Source: Octopus sinensis
Taxonomy: Eukaryota
Length of the DNA stretch: 8,702 bases
NCBI RefSeq assembly: GCF_006345805.1
Contig: NW_021828343.1
Location: 1 to 8,702 of the forward strand
Direction of reading: 5' to 3'
The notes beneath the pieces are model-generated. The model worked only from the letters and a program-made list of their open reading frames with translations. It had not been told where the DNA came from and made no database searches. The position numbers and the translations under genes were made by a program. The number at the start of each line of letters is the position of its first letter. Positions within the stretch are counted from its first letter, which is position 1. Positions 7,648 through 8,702 of this stretch are shown here, piece after piece.

Positions 7648-7700
7648 TGAAGGTCACACTGGTCGCCAGCGTGGTATTGTCGCCAGCTATGGGCGCGACA
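7648..7700 (-). repeat. Solo terminal inverted repeat of Ginger element B
   Basis: Ends in ACA; contains GTCGCCAGC twice (7662-7670, 7679-7687) and AAGGTCAC, which is shared with the element A TIR (2472-2479). Confidence 0.7.
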
Positions 7701-7759
7701 TACTAATTGTAATCATACTATGGGAAATAGAACAAATTTTATTTGTTAAATTAAAAATC

Positions 7760-7885
7760 ATGAAAATCCTCACCGCGAGTAATTGTTTTTTCTTTATTTT
7801 CAGGTGAATTTACATTTGCAACTATTGGTTGACAGGTTTTGAGAGAAATTAACTCCCCATCAAGCCAATTTTTTACTGTTGTAAC
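7760..7885 (+). CDS. Possible 5' end of a host gene with a 25-nt intron, truncated by the hAT-like insertion
   Basis: AAAAATC-ATG at 7760; intron GTAATTGTTTTTTCTTTATTTTCAG (7779-7803); spliced product MKILTASEFTFATIG*QVLREINSPSSQFFTVV contains one in-frame TGA. No recognisable homology. Confidence 0.3.
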
Positions 7886-7992
7886 CAGGGTTGTTAAAAA
7901 TCATGATTTTTTTCAAAAAAATCAAAAAAATCTGATTTTTTTGATTTAATCACGATTTTTTTGATTTAAATCAGATTTTTTTGAATTAAATG
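7886..7992. mobile_element. Terminus of a second hAT-like DNA transposon with subterminal repeats (internal extent unknown)
   Basis: Starts CAGGGTTG; palindrome GATTTTTTTCAAAAAAATC (7905-7923); three GATTTTTTTGATTTAAATC-like units at an exact 20-bp period (7934, 7954, 7974); preceding 8 bp GTTGTAAC fit the Ac-family nTnnnnAn target pattern. The other end is not in the window. Confidence 0.55.
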
Positions 7993-8498
7993 ATCTTTAT
8001 TTCAAAACGACCCTTTCCACCTGGCTTATCAGAGAACCTCTCTCTTTGTACATAAACACTGAAAAACGGCCACGCAGAACGATCTATCGTAGTTCCTTAT
8101 GTCCACCGGGATCACTTAACTAGTTTGCATACGCTTTCTTTCTTGTGGTCTTCGGGTTAATAAATGTGACCGGTTCATAATGAGATACGGTTGAATACGA
8201 GTCGTTAAAAAGATCGATAATTAATATACCGATTCAAAAGGCCAATTACAATAAACGCAAACGTTCCGAACTAATGATTGAACTTTAAATTTTTGAAAAA
8301 ATGATGTTTTATATTTGAACCATGTTTGCTTTAAAATACTAAAATTATTTACAACATTAGCAAATTATAATGTGAATTATTTTATTTGATACTATAAATT
8401 GAACATTAGCAAAATTACAAGTTTGTAACACTTTAACTTAATCTAACTTAACTCTAACTTTTTTTTGGTTGAGGTGGTGACGTGCCTCTCTTGCACTA

Positions 8499-8702
8499 AT
8501 GTCTATTAAGCATTCGAAACAATCTAATGAACTAACAATCCTTACCTTCAATGTCAGAAGTCTGAAAACCGTGGCTAAGAGGCACCTTCTATGTACTGAT
8601 CTCGAAAAATACCAGGGCTCTATATGCTGTCTACAGGAGACTAAAGTAAAACACGGACTTGACGAAATACACGGAAATTATCGCCTAATACTGCTTCCCT
8701 CA
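8499..8702 (+). mobile_element. Start of an APE-endonuclease ORF of an RTE-like LINE (runs off the window)
   Basis: Open frame from ATG 8499 to the window end: MSIKHSKQSNELTILTFNVRSLKTVAKRHLLCTDLEKYQGSICCLQETKVKHGLDEIHGNYRLILLPS, with APE motifs TFNVRSL and CLQETK. Not in the ORF track, presumably because it has no stop in the window. Confidence 0.85.

Larger units (their letters stand above)
5314..7700 (-). mobile_element. 5' portion of a second Ginger-like element (B), interrupted by the CRE insertion and cut by the hAT
   Basis: Terminus at 7648-7700 (reverse complement TGTCGCGCCC...GTGACCTTCA) has the same layout as the element A TIR. The integrase N-terminus at 5314-5524 is homologous to element A. 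Confidence 0.7.

Noticed and set aside
7616-7807. 63-aa ORF as a gene
   Set aside because: Its 5' half runs through the Ginger B TIR and its end reads through the putative 25-nt intron; only the part from ATG 7760 is plausible.
7934-7992. 20-bp periodic repeats as a CRISPR array
   Set aside because: No unique spacers, low complexity, eukaryotic context, no cas genes.
8434-8460. TAACTT three times as telomeric or satellite repeat
   Set aside because: Three irregularly spaced copies in AT-rich DNA; compatible with chance or slippage.

Overview
AT-rich eukaryotic DNA made almost entirely of nested transposable elements; no prokaryotic genes, RNA genes or CRISPR arrays are supported. From left to right: (1) a ~220-bp tandem duplication whose second copy is split by a complete 1,848-bp Ginger2-like DNA transposon (677-2524; 56-bp TIRs; 5-bp TSD TAATA). 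Its DDE integrase gene (minus strand) becomes one continuous protein only after removing seven 23-26-nt GT-AG introns. (2) A Buster/SPIN-type hAT element with its left end missing (3353-5313). (3) The 5' end of a second, diverged Ginger-like element (5314-7700) with 31- and 26-nt introns, one at a position homologous to the first element; both the hAT and the CRE element inserted into it. (4) A CRE-clade RT-RLE non-LTR retrotransposon (5565-7587) with a twin-priming-type 5' inversion, a 37-bp junction duplication, a poly(A) tail and a 13-bp TSD. (5) A possible host gene start with a 25-nt intron, cut by a second hAT-like terminus at 7886. (6) The APE endonuclease start of an RTE-like LINE (8499-end). 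About 20 frameshifts are all single-base losses in short runs, which points to long-read consensus error rather than true decay. All alignments were done by hand; family assignments come from remembered motifs, not database searches.
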